NCBI GenBank assembly: GCA_963693055.1
Contig: OY843751.1
Location: 2,784,001-2,848,000 of the forward strand
Length of the DNA stretch: 64,000 nucleotides
Reading direction: 5' to 3'
Origin: a bacterium
Lineage (GTDB): Bacteria; Zhuqueibacterota; Zhuqueibacteria; Residuimicrobiales; Krinioviventaceae
Shown here piece after piece: positions 61,358 through 64,000 of this stretch. Under the pieces are notes generated by a model. It saw nothing but the letters and a program-made list of their open reading frames with translations. It was not told the origin of the DNA and ran no database searches. The position numbers were made by a program, and so were the translations under genes. The stretch's first letter is position 1. The number at the start of each line of letters is the position of its first letter.

Positions 61358-63619
61358 TTATTTTCCTGTTTGCGTTCTGGCCCCAATTGTATCAACTTGA
61401 TATATAAAAGACAATCCATTAAAACGGGCATCACCTGTCATTGTATCGGTTGCTTGTCCGCCCTCTCTGGAAATAATGATAGATAAAACTGAATTGATTT
61501 CTTTGCCTGTACCAGTAATACTGGCAAAAGATGCCTCTTGTAATGTCCTTGCGACTCCACTACTGGCATCCGTTGTATTGATAACGGTAAATCCTGAATC
61601 CATAATTTCATCTACATCTGTCCATTTATACTGCACCTGCCAGTAAACCGCCCCAGTTACCGCACTCGCTGTAAACCAAGAAACAACCGGCACAATGCTT
61701 GTACCCTCTTTGTAGTCAGTCGGCAAAGTTAGGGTTAATAATAATTGTTCCGAACTGCTGTCATCAAATCGCCACGCAATTAATGACGTGTCAAAGCCAG
61801 GTTGATTTCCGCCCTGTGGAATGATTTGTGTTGTTGAGACCCCAAAGCGTTTAAAAACAATAGCATCCCCGGTAAAGACAATAGTTCCATCACTCTCAAC
61901 TTTTGTAAATCCACCGGATTCACCTAAATAAAATTCTGTACCGGTTAATGGTGAAAGCGTATCGAGTTTAGCACTCGTAAAAGTTGAATCTGCTACCCCT
62001 CCGGAACCGGTCAGATATTGGGAAACGGAATCGGCAAAGGCATCTTTATCAAGTTTATTATTTAACCCGGCTGTTAAATCGCTACCTGTAGCGTAATCCG
62101 ACAAGATAGACGTTAATTCTGTATTCTCTACTAAATACGTATCATTTGCTTGTAATGTACTTACAAAATCCGCTGTATTCAATTTGTCAGATAGTGCGCT
62201 TGTTAATTCGCTGTCTGTTGTATATCCTGAAAGCGTTGTAGATAATTCCGAATCCGTTACATAACTTGATAATGTACTTGAAAAGGTTGAACTTGTAACA
62301 TAGCTTGACAAGGCAGAACTTAATTCCGTATCCTCTGTTAAATAGTCATCATTTGCCTGTAATGTGGTCAGAAAATCACTTGTATTTAATTTTACAGACA
62401 AACCGCTTGCTAACTCTGCATCTGTAGCGTACCCACTCAAAGTTGTTGTTAGTTCACTGTCTGTTGTGTAATCGCTCAAGGTTGTAGATAATTCGGTTTC
62501 CTCAACTAAATAGGAATCATTCGCTTGTAATGTACTTACAAAATCAGTTGTATTTAATTTACTTGAAAGCCCGGAATTCAATTCACTATCTGTTGTATAA
62601 CCATCCAATGTACTTGATAATGATATACTTGTAACATAATATGATAAAGATTCTAATAATTCAGAATCCTCTGTCAAATACCCATCATTAGATTGTAATG
62701 TTGTTAAAAAATCCGCTGTATTTAATTTCCCGGAAATATCGGACGCTACAAGGTAATTGTTATCATAAACATCAAGAAAAGCTGAAAAATCCGCAGTATC
62801 TAATTTTGTAGACAAGGCCGCATTTAATTCTGTATCCTCTGTTAAATACGAATCATTTGCCTGTAATGTTGCTAAGAAATCACTTGAATTCAATTTAGCA
62901 GACAATCCACTTGTCAACTCTGCATCTGTAGCGTAACCACTCAAAGCCGTTGTTAACTCACTGTCTGTAGTATATCCTGACAAAATACTTGTCAATTCTG
63001 TAGCTTCAACTAAATAGGAATCATTTGCATATAAATTGCTCAAAAAATCAGTAATATTTAATTTCAAATCCAAACTATCCGACAATTGAGACAGAGTAAC
63101 CCCGCCCCAGGTCAACTCTGCAAGAGTTTTTGATCCGGTCACAGAATCAACAAAAACCAAATTGTTTGAACCGTCTTTGATTATGTATGTAGTATTATTT
63201 GCAATAAAAAAGGTATCGGCTAAAACGGAAATAAAAGTGGAATCAATAGCCCCGTCGCCGGTACCAGTTGCCAAATCCGACAAACTTTTTACCCCGGTTG
63301 CAGGATCTTTGAAATAAAGATTGCTCCCAGATTGCCACAACCGCATTGTTTTCGCAATATTAAAATTTAATCCTGTGCTGTCTATCTCAAAAAGCATATC
63401 GCCGGATTTATTAAAAACCCTCACAAGACAACTATCATTTGATGGGGAAATGATGACCGCCCCGGAATCAATTTCTGCAATGGTCGCACCATGCTCAACC
63501 GATTCATCTAAAAACACCGTTGTTTCTGGTCTTTTAATTACTCTTGTACTTGCGAAAACAACGGTAATAAATAATAATAAAATTAATATACCGTATCTTT
63601 TAAAACCTGATCTTTTCAT
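61358..63619 (-). CDS. Fibre/adhesin-like repeat protein with N-terminal signal peptide
   Basis: MKRSGFKRYGILILLLFITVVFA; modular repeats KLNT.DF..TLQAND.YL.E.TEL and LSGY.TD.EL; globular C-terminal domain. Confidence 0.65.
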   Translation of the reverse strand: MKRSGFKRYGILILLLFITVVFASTRVIKRPETTVFLDESVEHGATIAEIDSGAVIISPSNDSCLVRVFNKSGDMLFEIDSTGLNFNIAKTMRLWQSGSNLYFKDPATGVKSLSDLATGTGDGAIDSTFISVLADTFFIANNTTYIIKDGSNNLVFVDSVTGSKTLAELTWGGVTLSQLSDSLDLKLNITDFLSNLYANDSYLVEATELTSILSGYTTDSELTTALSGYATDAELTSGLSAKLNSSDFLATLQANDSYLTEDTELNAALSTKLDTADFSAFLDVYDNNYLVASDISGKLNTADFLTTLQSNDGYLTEDSELLESLSYYVTSISLSSTLDGYTTDSELNSGLSSKLNTTDFVSTLQANDSYLVEETELSTTLSDYTTDSELTTTLSGYATDAELASGLSVKLNTSDFLTTLQANDDYLTEDTELSSALSSYVTSSTFSSTLSSYVTDSELSTTLSGYTTDSELTSALSDKLNTADFVSTLQANDTYLVENTELTSILSDYATGSDLTAGLNNKLDKDAFADSVSQYLTGSGGVADSTFTSAKLDTLSPLTGTEFYLGESGGFTKVESDGTIVFTGDAIVFKRFGVSTTQIIPQGGNQPGFDTSLIAWRFDDSSSEQLLLTLTLPTDYKEGTSIVPVVSWFTASAVTGAVYWQVQYKWTDVDEIMDSGFTVINTTDASSGVARTLQEASFASITGTGKEINSVLSIIISREGGQATDTMTGDARFNGLSFIYQVDTIGARTQTGK

Positions 63620-63635
63620 TTTTTACCTTTCATTA

Positions 63636-63893
63636 TTAAAGTTCTGTGGCGGGAATTGCTTTTCTGGCAAAATACCGATTAAACCAAATACCATTAACGT
63701 AAACGTCATAATGTTCATTGTCTTGTATTGCAGAAACCGGGGTATAAAGCCCGTTTCCTCTGTGCGTACATGCTATAGCGTCATCTGGATAAGTCCCATT
63801 GATTGAACAAAATTCCATAGTATAAAACGCCGTGTCTGGGAGACCATTATCAAGACTTGTAATTATAACAGCCGCCTTTGTAAAACTTGCCAT
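63636..63893 (-). CDS. Hypothetical phage protein
   Basis: 85-aa ORF with AAGGG SD, co-oriented with the fibre gene. Confidence 0.5.
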   Translation of the reverse strand: MASFTKAAVIITSLDNGLPDTAFYTMEFCSINGTYPDDAIACTHRGNGLYTPVSAIQDNEHYDVYVNGIWFNRYFARKAIPATEL

Positions 63894-64000
63894 TAGTACC
63901 CTTTCCTATATTGTTAGTCTGTCATCAGGGGCTAATACTGCAATGCGATCAACACCGCCCCACGTTTCAATAAACGTTAACTCAATTTCTGTTTTTGCCG

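Larger units (their letters stand above)
58292..64000. mobile_element. End of a prophage-like integrated element (continues beyond the window)
   Basis: att at the tRNA fragment, short orphan genes with repeated promoters, fibre-like repeat protein; no hallmark capsid or terminase gene visible. Confidence 0.65.

Overview
AT-rich bacterial chromosome segment. The gene content (T9SS-like C-terminal domains, PorV-like barrel, TonB-dependent receptor, GWxTD protein) suggests an FCB-group lineage such as KSB1/Calditrichota; this is inference only. It has three parts. (1) 1-16056: tandem islands bounded by tRNA-Pro 3' fragments, carrying a FISUMP protein, a broken tyrosine integrase, IS4 and IS66 remnants, a secreted FG-GAP/hybrid two-component module and a cas-less CRISPR array. 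(2) 16093-58240: host genes (leuS, sucCD, amgK/rapZ-C/murU-like, add, MATE/MarR, glycan and redox cluster, TBDR-PorV operon). (3) 58245-64000: the end of a prophage-like element inserted in tRNA-Pro(GGG), with repeated promoter/operator cassettes and a signal-peptide-bearing repeat fibre protein. The most unusual item is the CRISPR array (13292-15026, 37-bp repeat, apparently transcribed on the minus strand). Its trailer-side repeats are split by five 186-234 bp non-coding inserts. Each insert duplicates the repeat hairpin core and contains 7-nt-periodic inverted tracts, and four of the five carry a boxA-like motif. The adjacent crRNA tags stay intact. All product calls come from motif recognition by eye; no database searches were run.
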